Origin: a virus
Lineage: Duplodnaviria; Caudoviricetes
DNA: 24,919 nucleotides
Reading direction: 5' to 3' (one strand)
Virus record (IMG/VR): IMGVR_UViG_3300048598_000044
Location: 1-24,919 of that record
The notes under the pieces are model-generated. The model was not told the DNA's origin. It made no database searches and worked only from the letters and a program-made list of their open reading frames with translations. Within the stretch, counting starts at the first letter, position 1; the number at the start of each line of letters is the position of its first letter. A program made the position numbers and the translations under genes. Below, one piece after another: positions 8,614 to 17,814 of the stretch.

Positions 8614-10189
8614 TACCTTCTCCTTGCGATCCAGGTGTCTTTGCGGCGGCAGGTTGAATTCCGACGCTGATTCCGTCCGGAGTCGGCAGGAATAGAAGTT
8701 CTCGCCAATGCACCCTTTGACCGTCGTCCGGGAATCGCGAGTTAATCTCCGCGGCCGCCAACTTAGCCTTGGCGATTGAGGCCTTATTATCTGCCAGAAT
8801 TTCGTTGGTAATCTCTTCGAAGGTAGCGCCTCGCTCGGCGTGCAACCTCCGCGGACTCGTTAGACCGTTACGCAATCGGAGAAGGTCTGCCTGGGCGTCG
8901 TCCATTGGTTGGATATACGGCCAAGTAGGGAAGTTCCATAGACATCCAAACGGGTTGGCTCCATTTCGCCTGGCGACAGAAGCGATGTGGGAATCCTTCG
9001 CCATCCATTGGCGAACCTTCCATCGCCATATCGGCCGGTGAAAGCGATCGCAAAGCCGGCGCTGATTAGCTCGAAAACCGAGTTTTGCCTGGTCAAACGC
9101 GCCTCGCCATCCGCTGAAGTTTGTCTCACTAGCATCCATCAGGACAAGCACGAGCGGAAGCCCCAGGTTGATTCCAACGAGCTGGAGAATCAGCTTCATG
9201 TGCGGAAAGAACTCTGGGTTGGGAACGTTCGGCGAGAAACCGAGAATATCCTCTCCAGGTTGACCAGTGATCTGCATCCCCGGACCTATGCCTTCAATAG
9301 TCCGGGAGGTCCCGTCGCTCATGGTATCCGTAGTTCTCTCGCCGCTAGGCGCATTGTCGCCGCCGCGAAAATCAAGCTCTCGCTTGCGGAAAATGGCAAA
9401 ACACGAAACCACTTGAGCTTGAACCAATCTCGCAAAATTAATGTCCTCGAACATTCCAAGGGCATCGATAATCGGGGCAAGTGCCGAAATTCCGCGAGTC
9501 TGACTAATACGCTTACTAGTGTAGACGTGGAAAAGGTTGCGTTCTCCGTCACTGTCTCGCACTGGATACCGAACTACGTCACCGACCTTTGTGACGGTTT
9601 CTTGCGGTGACACATCTTCCTTCGTCACCCAATACTCAAGTCGGCGGCGACGGTTGTCGAGTAAGACACCATGCACAACATTCTGCTTGGTATTGCTGGG
9701 AGTCTTTATTCTGTGACCCTCGACGAGCTCCAACGGTCCGTCGACGGTTCCTAAACCGAGAATATCGCCGTCGACATACGGCGATCGCAGGGCCTTTTCT
9801 TCTAGAGCATAAAACGTGTTCTCTCCTTGAATGTCGCACTGATCTGGATCTTCCGACCATTCCCACCACCTGGCCAAAAGTTCGCCGTCGAGCCCCTTGT
9901 CTCCGGTCTGCGGGTCGGGAGTGAAACCTCCTTGAAGCGTATTGTCGACAGCACGCTGAATCGTGGTTCCTACGAGCACGTCATTGCGATCCATATCGCG
10001 AGCAAGCTCAAGCGTCTTGTAGTAGTCGCTCTCGCTGCGATAGTGGTAGTCTGCGTGATGAGTCGACGACGAGACTCCCGGGCGAGATCGACGAAACCTG
10101 CTGGTCCTTGCCATGTTGTAGTCGTTGCGAAGGTTGCCAAAAACCTCCGGCATTGACATACGGCCGATATCGTTCAGGCGACGTTGCAC
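8594..10189 (-). CDS. Portal protein, lambda family
   Basis: 531 aa; ARDMDRND, QTRGISALAP and DASETNFSGWR motifs; sits between W and the protease. Confidence 0.93.
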   Translation of the reverse strand: MQRRLNDIGRMSMPEVFGNLRNDYNMARTSRFRRSRPGVSSSTHHADYHYRSESDYYKTLELARDMDRNDVLVGTTIQRAVDNTLQGGFTPDPQTGDKGLDGELLARWWEWSEDPDQCDIQGENTFYALEEKALRSPYVDGDILGLGTVDGPLELVEGHRIKTPSNTKQNVVHGVLLDNRRRRLEYWVTKEDVSPQETVTKVGDVVRYPVRDSDGERNLFHVYTSKRISQTRGISALAPIIDALGMFEDINFARLVQAQVVSCFAIFRKRELDFRGGDNAPSGERTTDTMSDGTSRTIEGIGPGMQITGQPGEDILGFSPNVPNPEFFPHMKLILQLVGINLGLPLVLVLMDASETNFSGWRGAFDQAKLGFRANQRRLCDRFHRPIWRWKVRQWMAKDSHIASVARRNGANPFGCLWNFPTWPYIQPMDDAQADLLRLRNGLTSPRRLHAERGATFEEITNEILADNKASIAKAKLAAAEINSRFPDDGQRVHWRELLFLPTPDGISVGIQPAAAKTPGSQGEGNGDATS

Positions 10190-10467
10190 TAGTAGTCTCG
10201 GAAATTCGCGAATGATGGGTGAACTACAACGACGCTGTTTGTTCCGTTTGACGCAAGCCAGCGTTGGGCCTGCTCCATTTCCTCGCGAAGCTGTCGAAGA
10301 TTCTCATCGGCCTTCGTTCTAGAGGTCCCACCCTGAACCTCCGATGGCAAGAGGACGATCATCTTTCGACATGCCGTAACGAAGGCTGCGGCCTTGTTAG
10401 CCGAGCCTTTTTCAGCGTAGTCGGCATTGGCGAGATAAACATCCCGTGCGTCGGAGTAATCACTCAT
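10189..10467 (-). CDS. gpW-like head completion protein
   Basis: 92 aa helix-strand-helix ORF whose stop abuts the portal start, as lambda W does. Confidence 0.55.
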   Translation of the reverse strand: MSDYSDARDVYLANADYAEKGSANKAAAFVTACRKMIVLLPSEVQGGTSRTKADENLRQLREEMEQAQRWLASNGTNSVVVVHPSFANFRDY

Positions 10468-10516
10468 AGAGCATGAGGTTACCCCAGACGCAGCGGACGC
10501 TGGAGACTAGATAGGC

Positions 10517-10549
10517 TCCGGCCGCTCCGGATTAACCGGAGAGGCCGGA
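10517..10549. repeat. GC-rich inverted repeat in the intergenic region upstream of W/portal
   Basis: tccggcc-g-ctccgg ATTAA ccggag-a-ggccgga. Confidence 0.75.
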
Positions 10550-10654
10550 CTAGCATGTCGTTCGCCGTTCAGCAGCGAAGATGGTGGATATTTTACCGGC
10601 ACAATGAATTCCGTAACTTGCCCGTGGCGGGAATTCCACGTGCCGCGCAGTTGG

Positions 10655-11026
10655 CTATTTTGCCACCTGCTCCAGCAGCCATCGAACGGTGTCGGCTGGA
10701 GTTACGATGGGTCGTCCGTTTGCGAGTTCTACGTTCGTCCTACGCAGCCCGCCCTGCAGTCGCTTCATTGTCGCGGCCTGTTCGTGAGTCAACCTGACTT
10801 CAACGTGGCGAGATAAATACACGCTCGGAGCTATATCGATTATTGGCACGGAGATCGTCACGGGAGTTATCTCTAGTTGTCGACGGCTGATCTCTGGAGC
10901 TGGCGACAACGACGGAGCACTACTGTCCTGCAATGTTGATTGTGGTTCAATTACAGGAATGCCAACGTCAACCATCTCGTTCGCGTCGGTACCCTGAACC
11001 AGTTCTTTAGTCTTCGCCTTTGCCAT
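10655..11026 (-). CDS. Hypothetical protein, possible ribbon-helix-helix DNA-binding domain
   Basis: 123 aa; C-terminal strand RHVEVRLT followed by helices HEQAATMKRL and PADTVRWLLEQ. Confidence 0.55.
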   Translation of the reverse strand: MAKAKTKELVQGTDANEMVDVGIPVIEPQSTLQDSSAPSLSPAPEISRRQLEITPVTISVPIIDIAPSVYLSRHVEVRLTHEQAATMKRLQGGLRRTNVELANGRPIVTPADTVRWLLEQVAK

Positions 11027-11030
11027 GCAC

Positions 11031-13031
11031 TTACGTCCTTTCGGTAACTAGGAATGGACGCCCGTCGGGCGTTGCAAAACTTCTACTTGGCCCCCGTGAC
11101 GACGTATTTGGGTTACGCTTCGCGTCAACCTCTAGCACAAACTCTCCGGCGGCCAACGCCTGATACGTCGCGTCCAGAAAGTGATTCTTGCGTCTTACGC
11201 GAATCCATACGGTAACGGGCCGATTGTGTGAGTCGATCTTCTCGTGCGGTTCCTCGGCCAACACCTGATCAATCCAGTCGGCGTGCTCCATTTTGTCGGC
11301 CGGATCCCAGAGCACCAACGACCCAGCCTCGTCTGCAGGCATTGCGAGCCTCTGGCGAAGTTCGCTCTTCCAGTGGTCTGCGTTCATGTGTACCAGCAGT
11401 TGGCCGGCACGCCTGACTCTCGACAGGTGAAACTCTCGTCCGATGTATCGTACGTCGGACCCTGTTGATTTCGGAGCTGTGTAGCGGCTCGCAAACCGCT
11501 CTCCTTCACCGTACCCCTTGCTAGGACGGTACAACTCGCGACCCACGGCGAGTTTTGCGTTTGCTTCACGGCAGAACTCGTAGACCGCATCGGTGTGCTC
11601 GTGCCATCCGGAATCAATCCAGACCTGGGAAGGCCCGGTGGAACCGCCGCCGCTTCCAGTCCACCCCTTCGCAAAGTACGCCTGCAATTCCCGCAGGGCT
11701 CTGGTCAACGCCGCCTTGATTCCGTAGCGGTCGGCTTCTACGGTCTGAATTCCGTAGTCGACGACCCGGGTTCCGCTGGACGACATGATCGCCGTTGCCG
11801 TCCAGTGCAAGGCCCGTTTTCCGGTGTCAACGCCGACAGTGATGCCAACGCATTCCGCTGGAACAATTCCGCGTTTCAACCCCGAATGTCGCCGTGCGAT
11901 ATCGTCCGGGTCCAGAGGAACGAGGTCGACTTCCGGTTCCTTATACGGAATACACCACACGAACTGCAGCAACTCACGTTCTGCGTTGTCGCGGTCACGA
12001 GCCCTCTTGCCCCGCCACTCATCGGCGGCGATGTCTCCGGCAGTCGCGAAAAGGTTATTCGCTGCGTTCCAACGGAACCCTAACGCGTCGGTTTTGGGTA
12101 GCGGACCGACGATTCGGCCGTCGGCAGTTACCTCTTGCCCGCGGTGGACGAGCTGGCCGGCAAGGTTTGCCTTCCTGCGATCGTCTTCCGTCCAGGGGTG
12201 CCCGCAGGACGGACATGCGAAATATGCTGACGCCATCGCGTCGACGACATTATCCGCATCTTGCCACCCCAAGAGGCTATCTCGCTCTGGAGTGACGAAG
12301 GCGTGGCAATGCGGGCACGGAACAACGATTCGGCTTGCGGTCCCGGACTGGTACTCGCTCCAGATCCGACCTCCCTCGACGGTAACCGTGCATTCCAGAT
12401 ACACCAATTTGCGGCTGCCGTGCGAACGTAGTCTAGCTTCGAGCTGCTTTATCTTGTCAGCTTCAAGCGACGATTCAGACGAAACAGCACCGTCAACTTC
12501 GGTAACAACAAGAACGCGAGCAGGAAATGCAGCCCGACTCTTGTCGCTTCCGCCGAACGTCATGAATCGAAGCACTGCGCCATTGCGAAACCTAATCGAG
12601 CTGGAATCTCCGCCACGCGATCCTCCGCCGGATCGTGGAAGGAGATCGCGGTAGCGAGTGTGTTCAATTACCTGCAGTAGGTCGTTCCATTTGTCTCGAA
12701 CCGTATCGAGATTCGGGACTCCATACACGACCCAATCGCGAGTCTCGAACAGGTGGTAGCAGATCGGGATTGCTGATCCGATAGTTGTCTTCCCGGACTG
12801 GCTCGGTCCGGTGATAACGAATCTATTCCATATTCTCGATTCCAGTGCGTCAAACCATAGCTTTGCGAATGGTTGTCTATCCATCCTGAATCGCTGGTCC
12901 AGAAACGGACCGGATGGAAGGGCGATTTCGTCAGTCGCGAATTGGCCCATCGGCCTGAGTCTCGCAGCCCTCGCTGACGTGATCAGGTGATCCACTTCCT
13001 GTGCCAACGCGGGAGACGTCAAGGTTGCCAT
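11031..13031 (-). CDS. terL: Terminase large subunit, GpA family
   Basis: Walker A GPSQSGKT, Walker B VVTEVD, CPHC/CPSC zinc motif, nuclease GVDTG and NHFLDA; likely start MATLT at 13031. Confidence 0.95.
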   Translation of the reverse strand: MATLTSPALAQEVDHLITSARAARLRPMGQFATDEIALPSGPFLDQRFRMDRQPFAKLWFDALESRIWNRFVITGPSQSGKTTIGSAIPICYHLFETRDWVVYGVPNLDTVRDKWNDLLQVIEHTRYRDLLPRSGGGSRGGDSSSIRFRNGAVLRFMTFGGSDKSRAAFPARVLVVTEVDGAVSSESSLEADKIKQLEARLRSHGSRKLVYLECTVTVEGGRIWSEYQSGTASRIVVPCPHCHAFVTPERDSLLGWQDADNVVDAMASAYFACPSCGHPWTEDDRRKANLAGQLVHRGQEVTADGRIVGPLPKTDALGFRWNAANNLFATAGDIAADEWRGKRARDRDNAERELLQFVWCIPYKEPEVDLVPLDPDDIARRHSGLKRGIVPAECVGITVGVDTGKRALHWTATAIMSSSGTRVVDYGIQTVEADRYGIKAALTRALRELQAYFAKGWTGSGGGSTGPSQVWIDSGWHEHTDAVYEFCREANAKLAVGRELYRPSKGYGEGERFASRYTAPKSTGSDVRYIGREFHLSRVRRAGQLLVHMNADHWKSELRQRLAMPADEAGSLVLWDPADKMEHADWIDQVLAEEPHEKIDSHNRPVTVWIRVRRKNHFLDATYQALAAGEFVLEVDAKRNPNTSSRGPSRSFATPDGRPFLVTERT

Positions 13032-13479
13032 CAGCACCACCAATCTTGGCAATATCATCAAGCGCATCGTTGAGAATCTCCTGAGACTCCGCGCCGAATT
13101 TTCGCTGGAGTGTTTCGCCTGCCTGCCGCAGTCGTGACCCCATGCGAGTGAACAGGTTGTGGATTTCATCCCTCGGGATCAATTCACCGCGACGCTCGGA
13201 TAGATCTAGTTCGATCAGCTCCGCCTTGGCGGTGCGGTACCGCTCAAGTGCTGGTGAATCGCTGCCTTGAAGCAATGGGTCTGCCGACTGGCTTGGCGAT
13301 GTCGCATCTCGCCACGCTGCGATTTCGTCAAGGTTGTAGCGGAATCGTCCAGGCCTTTCAGCGTTGGGGGTCCGAGGGCACCCCTGTGTGACCCAGTCGC
13401 CGACAACCCGCAAGCTCACGCCAAAGTGCGTCGCGACAGCCGCCTGACTCTCAACAAGCCGCTTTCGTTTTGCTGGAAT
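12931..13479 (-). CDS. terS: Terminase small subunit (Nu1-like), probable ATT start
   Basis: HTH SQAAVATHFGVSLRVVGDW, GCP, YNLDEIAAW and LERYRTAKAE..L..RRGELI motifs; RBS AAGGAGGT 6 nt before ATT at 13479. Confidence 0.85.
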   Translation of the reverse strand: MPAKRKRLVESQAAVATHFGVSLRVVGDWVTQGCPRTPNAERPGRFRYNLDEIAAWRDATSPSQSADPLLQGSDSPALERYRTAKAELIELDLSERRGELIPRDEIHNLFTRMGSRLRQAGETLQRKFGAESQEILNDALDDIAKIGGADGNLDVSRVGTGSGSPDHVSEGCETQADGPIRD

Positions 13480-13535
13480 TCGCTAACCTCCTTCTATGAT
13501 GCAGCACCGGAAATCAAGTGTCGTTTGTAAGAAAA

Positions 13536-13584
13536 GTCCGGGATGCGGGGTGGAAAACCCCCGCCGGACCCCGGGGAAGGACCC
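13536..13584 (-). promoter_or_regulatory. Putative lambda-like cos site (cosQ + cosN)
   Basis: GGGTCCT (the lambda cosQ sequence) at 13584-13578, followed by a dyad gtccgg..gcgggg/ccccgc..ccggac; lies ~60-100 bp upstream of terS. Confidence 0.65.
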
Positions 13585-13601
13585 AACGCAGATTCAACGC
13601 G

Positions 13602-13825
13602 TCACTGAGCCGTGCTCCCGCTTTCCGATCTCTCGCCACACTTCACGAACTGCTTTCTAATAGCCTCTAGCGACTTCTCTTGCCGTCTCTTATCAGTAAC
13701 CGAACGCCACGCCACGTTCCCTGGAACCCACCATGGCCACAGGATAGCAAGCAGTATTACCCCAACAGCCTCGACGGCATGGATCTTTCCTGGTCGTCCA
13801 ACTAGCCACGCATTGGCGAAGCAGC
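13602..13825 (-). pseudogene. Start-less 3' remnant of a small membrane protein gene
   Basis: Open frame ...AVGVILLAILWPWWVPG...STAQ* with no usable start codon. Confidence 0.35.
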
Positions 13826-14206
13826 GTTTTCCACGAGAATCTTGAACGGGTACGGAGCGAGAGGAATGTATTTCGACAACTTCCGGTGTGCGTTGGTATC
13901 CGCAGCAGGGCTCACCGCCATGACCTGGCAGCCGGGCAACGGCGTGGCCATCGTGGTTCCATCCCCTGCACCCTCTTCATAGTTCGTTCCGTCCTTGGAA
14001 TACAGAAAGTGCACCTTGAGAAAATTCCCGGCCGTCGGTGCTGTTGCGTACGACCACACAATCTCCAGGTGCGCGAAGTCGTCTAGGTTCGTCGCGTTGT
14101 CGATTGCCGATCCGAGGTAAGCCTTTGCTGTCTGCACACTTGCCGACGAAATCCCGCTGGTTTGTGCTGATGGCGTTGCGGGACCGTGTAGATATGTGCT
14201 GCTCAT
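13802..14206 (-). CDS. Putative virion accessory beta-sandwich protein, possibly C-terminally truncated
   Basis: SAIDNATN, YSKDGTNY and PYPFKILVEN motifs; translationally coupled to the upstream gene. Confidence 0.55.
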   Translation of the reverse strand: MSSTYLHGPATPSAQTSGISSASVQTAKAYLGSAIDNATNLDDFAHLEIVWSYATAPTAGNFLKVHFLYSKDGTNYEEGAGDGTTMATPLPGCQVMAVSPAADTNAHRKLSKYIPLAPYPFKILVENAASPMRG

Positions 14207-14637
14207 AGCGCACCTCCGATCATCGCGCGAGCCGACGTGACATTGCCGACCTGCACCTCGGGAATCCCTAGTTCCGCCGCCCGAGATTGTGTGGCCACGG
14301 CAAGGGCCTCAATGGCCGTTTTGTCGGCGGCAGTCAGCAGCCCCTCGGTGACCAGCGACGACAGAACCATTTGCGCCCCGGTGTCGTCAATGTCCAGGTT
14401 GTCGACGCGAGTGCTCTGGACGTACCGGGATGCGGCAATCGCCGCGTCACTCGTTCCTTGCGAGATTGCCTTCCATTTGCCGTTTGCCAACAAATATGCC
14501 TCAATCTGCCACAGTGGGGCCAGCAGCGGAGGTCGATCGACGGCTTGCAGCGAGTCAGCAACCTCTTCATCAGTCATCGCAGAGTAGCCACGTCCAAGCG
14601 GGTCGTCGCGAAGTTCGGGAACCAAGACGTCGTACAT
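14203..14637 (-). CDS. Conserved-looking phage hypothetical protein (DPLGRGY...SRAAELG)
   Basis: 144 aa with GAGGTG RBS; motif pattern resembles proteins found beside tail fibre genes. Confidence 0.65.
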   Translation of the reverse strand: MYDVLVPELRDDPLGRGYSAMTDEEVADSLQAVDRPPLLAPLWQIEAYLLANGKWKAISQGTSDAAIAASRYVQSTRVDNLDIDDTGAQMVLSSLVTEGLLTAADKTAIEALAVATQSRAAELGIPEVQVGNVTSARAMIGGAL

Positions 14638-14670
14638 GCATCACCTCAGCGAATGAAAACGCAACTTGCC

Positions 14671-17451
14671 TTATAGTTGCCATCTGGACTCTGCAATCGC
14701 TGTCGTTCCGCTCGTTGGTGGCAACACGCCCAGCGAAACCAAGTCGCACGCGCGGTTCAGCGTATCCAGCAATCTCCCCTCACGATTATTAGTAACCGAC
14801 AGTGTCCAGGTATTCGTACCCGACGGCGGGTCCTTACCGAAGATCCCGACAACGCATGGTCCTCCTGCGTACAACTGCGTACCCGCGACAATAGAAGCCT
14901 CGTCGATGTAGATGCCGTCGGCTGCAGCCGCATTTGTCGCTACGATGTTTGACTTAACGCGAATTCGTGCGTACAGCGGACCTTCATGCAACGGAGATAC
15001 GCGAAACGAGAACACGACAGTGTCGTGCTGTGAGATGCTGACTTGCGATGCGTCAATGCTATGCGACGCGGCGTTCCCTGACGAATCCTCAGCGGCAGCC
15101 CCGTCAATGCCATCGGAAATGTCAATTACGATCTCGCCAGCGGTAATTGTTCCAACGGCCCGCACTTTGGCGCTGAAAAAGTAAACGGTATCTCTGCCTA
15201 ACGAAACAAGCTGACACAGTGCAGTACCCTCCGTCGCGCCAAATGGAAGCTGAACTGCTCGCGTGCTATATGTTGCAACACTACCGGTCTCAGTGGCCGT
15301 TACGGCGAACGTAACTGCCGCGTCAGCGGGCGGTACTACCGCAAGCAATTCGGGAGATCCACGGTATCCAGAAAACGTGACGGCATATGTTGCTGATGTG
15401 TCGCCGAAAGTTGAAGTTACCGTAACCTCGTCGAGTCCGGGGAGCTGCCTCAGGGCGGACTGCACAACGGCTGCGGCGGCACCAACTGCTAGACGGTCGG
15501 TGATGTACGTATTGCCGTTGATCGCCTTGTGCTTGATCTGCCAAAAGCCTAGCACTGACAGGTTTGTTCCTGGTGTGTAAGTTCCCGTCATGGCGATCTG
15601 CTGCACAGGAACATTGGTTAGCTTGACGTCAGTGCCAAGAGTTCCGGACGCGAGGAACCAACCATTGGGGCATGGCGAAGATATCATCTCCGCGACGTCA
15701 TCGAAGCTTCCGTTAGTCAGGATATTATTTGACGCACTTGCAGTGACCGCCACCGATGCTCCGGACCCTTGCGGCCAGGTTGCGTCAGACGTTGCGACGG
15801 CCGGCGTATTGCTGGCGAATGTCAACGAAACCGATGTTACCGTGCTTTCCGTCGATACGGCTGATGACGCATTCGATGAAACGACCGTGAAATCCTCAGC
15901 GTACGCGAAGTATGCAGGCCGACCGTAGCCGTTCAGAAGTGACGCAGCAACAACGATGTCTCCAGTGTTGGCGCTCGACGGGCTGATTGCGTACCCTAAC
16001 GTAGGCGTTGCGGCATACAACCCGCTACTTTTGAACATCGCGAAGTGTACGCGGAGTGCATCTGTCAGAGAAAGCTCTTCTTTTCCAGTCGTCCTTTCTG
16101 CTGTGCTGATAATGACAGCTTGACACAGTGCAAGTACGCTGCTTGAAAACGACTCGCACGATTCTTGCAGGCCGCTGAGTGACGTCACTGCTGTTCCGAG
16201 TTCAGGCCACAGCGTGTTGATCCCTTTCGCCGCAGTCGCGTAATGATCGAACCACGCGACAATCCATGAGGTGGAGCATGTCGCGAGATTCGACAGCAAC
16301 TTAGACGCTTCCGCGAGCATGTCAACTATCGTGTTTTGCGACACGCTCGACGCGTAGGACAGATAGGGAAACGACCCTACGTTGTCACTGCCGGTATACG
16401 GGCGATGCCCTGACGCGACGTACTCGGGAGAAACAACGGCGGTCTTCAGGACGTAGTCGTCCATGTCGACGGATCCTGAATCCAGCAGCGTCCCTGTTAA
16501 CGTGTTGCCTTCATACGTGTACGATACTCCGTCTTCGACGTGCGTGATCCCCGGATCACTGTAGTTGGTCTTCAGGTCGTAATCGCTTGTGTGTGTGAAG
16601 GTGCCAACATCCGACACGCCGACCGGTACGCCAATTACTGTCTGAGAGGCCGTCGGGACGTGGCAGGTGCCAGTTTGTCCGTCGCCACGATCCACGCCGT
16701 ACAGCACGTTAGCGACAGATGTGTACGCGGCAACCTGGTATGCGAGCATGACGCCGTCGCTCATGTGCACGGACGACGCCGCTAGATCCGGGATTGGCTG
16801 TCCGTACCGCACGTCGCACGGCATGTTGGTATCGCTGGCTATGGATTCAACTCCCGTACCAATTGCTGTTGCGCCGTCGCCGTAGTTTCCGGGGGCGTCG
16901 CCTCCGCCCATGGTGCCATCAGTTCCGGCCGTTGACGTGCCTGTGATTACCAGCAGGCAGTGCTCACCAGCTTCGCCTAACCCTAAGAAACGAACGGCGT
17001 GGCCACCGTTTCCGCCGTTACCGCCTGGCCTACCTTCGTCGGTCCCGTCACCACCATTTCCGCCGTTGCCGCCCACGGCATTTGCGATATGCGCTGCGGC
17101 ACCTGCGGAAAGTGCGATCGCCGTCGACCCGTCGAGTCCGTCGGTGCCTGCCTCGGACCCGTTTCCGTTAGTTCCGTTAGATCCATTACCACCGTATCCG
17201 TCGCCTGCGAATAGCGTTCCGCCATCAGCGACGGTCACGACATCGACCCCAAACATCCCTGCGTGAATTGCCCCAAGCTTGCATCGACCAGAAACAGCGA
17301 TGGTTCCGTCGGCTGACCCCTGCGACACGGTTGCGTCGCTGACGTCGTCACCGTCGAGCATCGTCATCGCGTGCAGCACGTTGATCGTGTCGCCAGATTC
17401 GTGTTCGACGCTAGTTAGTCGCCCTGAAGCGGTAGTGTCGATCGTTGCCAT
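14671..17451 (-). CDS. Large Gly-rich fibre/adhesin-like virion protein with carbohydrate-binding-like C-terminus
   Basis: 926 aa; GGNGGNGG repeats, NVLYGV..G..TGT type repeats, NILTNGSFD..P.GW jelly-roll start; rich in Ser/Thr/Ala. Confidence 0.6.
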   Translation of the reverse strand: MATIDTTASGRLTSVEHESGDTINVLHAMTMLDGDDVSDATVSQGSADGTIAVSGRCKLGAIHAGMFGVDVVTVADGGTLFAGDGYGGNGSNGTNGNGSEAGTDGLDGSTAIALSAGAAAHIANAVGGNGGNGGDGTDEGRPGGNGGNGGHAVRFLGLGEAGEHCLLVITGTSTAGTDGTMGGGDAPGNYGDGATAIGTGVESIASDTNMPCDVRYGQPIPDLAASSVHMSDGVMLAYQVAAYTSVANVLYGVDRGDGQTGTCHVPTASQTVIGVPVGVSDVGTFTHTSDYDLKTNYSDPGITHVEDGVSYTYEGNTLTGTLLDSGSVDMDDYVLKTAVVSPEYVASGHRPYTGSDNVGSFPYLSYASSVSQNTIVDMLAEASKLLSNLATCSTSWIVAWFDHYATAAKGINTLWPELGTAVTSLSGLQESCESFSSSVLALCQAVIISTAERTTGKEELSLTDALRVHFAMFKSSGLYAATPTLGYAISPSSANTGDIVVAASLLNGYGRPAYFAYAEDFTVVSSNASSAVSTESTVTSVSLTFASNTPAVATSDATWPQGSGASVAVTASASNNILTNGSFDDVAEMISSPCPNGWFLASGTLGTDVKLTNVPVQQIAMTGTYTPGTNLSVLGFWQIKHKAINGNTYITDRLAVGAAAAVVQSALRQLPGLDEVTVTSTFGDTSATYAVTFSGYRGSPELLAVVPPADAAVTFAVTATETGSVATYSTRAVQLPFGATEGTALCQLVSLGRDTVYFFSAKVRAVGTITAGEIVIDISDGIDGAAAEDSSGNAASHSIDASQVSISQHDTVVFSFRVSPLHEGPLYARIRVKSNIVATNAAAADGIYIDEASIVAGTQLYAGGPCVVGIFGKDPPSGTNTWTLSVTNNREGRLLDTLNRACDLVSLGVLPPTSGTTAIAESRWQL

Positions 17452-17470
17452 ACCTTACCTTTCCTCACGA

Positions 17471-17785
17471 CTACTTGGTGGCGGTTGCTGTCCCGTCGGC
17501 GTTCGCCGTCACTGTATAACCCGCGTGAGTGGCCAGCGTCTTGGTATCGAGCGAAAGGCCAGCGTTCCCGGTGGCAACCAATAGAGCGTCGAGTGCTGAG
17601 CCGAGAGCAAGGAACGATCCAGCATCGGAGCCAAGCTCGTCCAGTACGCCCTGCGGCGATTCGCTTCCCCACAGCTCGCCACAGAGCAGTCGTCGCTCCT
17701 GCAATAGAAATTTTGCCATGGCTGCGCACCGCGAGCGAATGCGGCCGGCAGGTGTCGTGGTGGAGGTGGTGGAAATCAATGTCAT
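17471..17785 (-). CDS. Phage hypothetical protein
   Basis: 104 aa from the ATG at 17785 with GAGGGTGA RBS; ends YTVTANADGTATATK. Confidence 0.65.
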   Translation of the reverse strand: MTLISTTSTTTPAGRIRSRCAAMAKFLLQERRLLCGELWGSESPQGVLDELGSDAGSFLALGSALDALLVATGNAGLSLDTKTLATHAGYTVTANADGTATATK

Positions 17786-17814
17786 CAGGTCACCCTCTTT
17801 CAATTAACGGCCGG

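Noticed and set aside
13032-13169. N-terminal 46 aa of the tracked 712-aa TerL
   Set aside because: Lies deep within terS and looks non-protein-like; MATLT at 13031 is more plausible
16880-17210. PE-PGRS or collagen call for the Gly-rich region
   Set aside because: No PE domain and no sustained G-X-Y/Pro register; better treated as a polyglycine fibre segment
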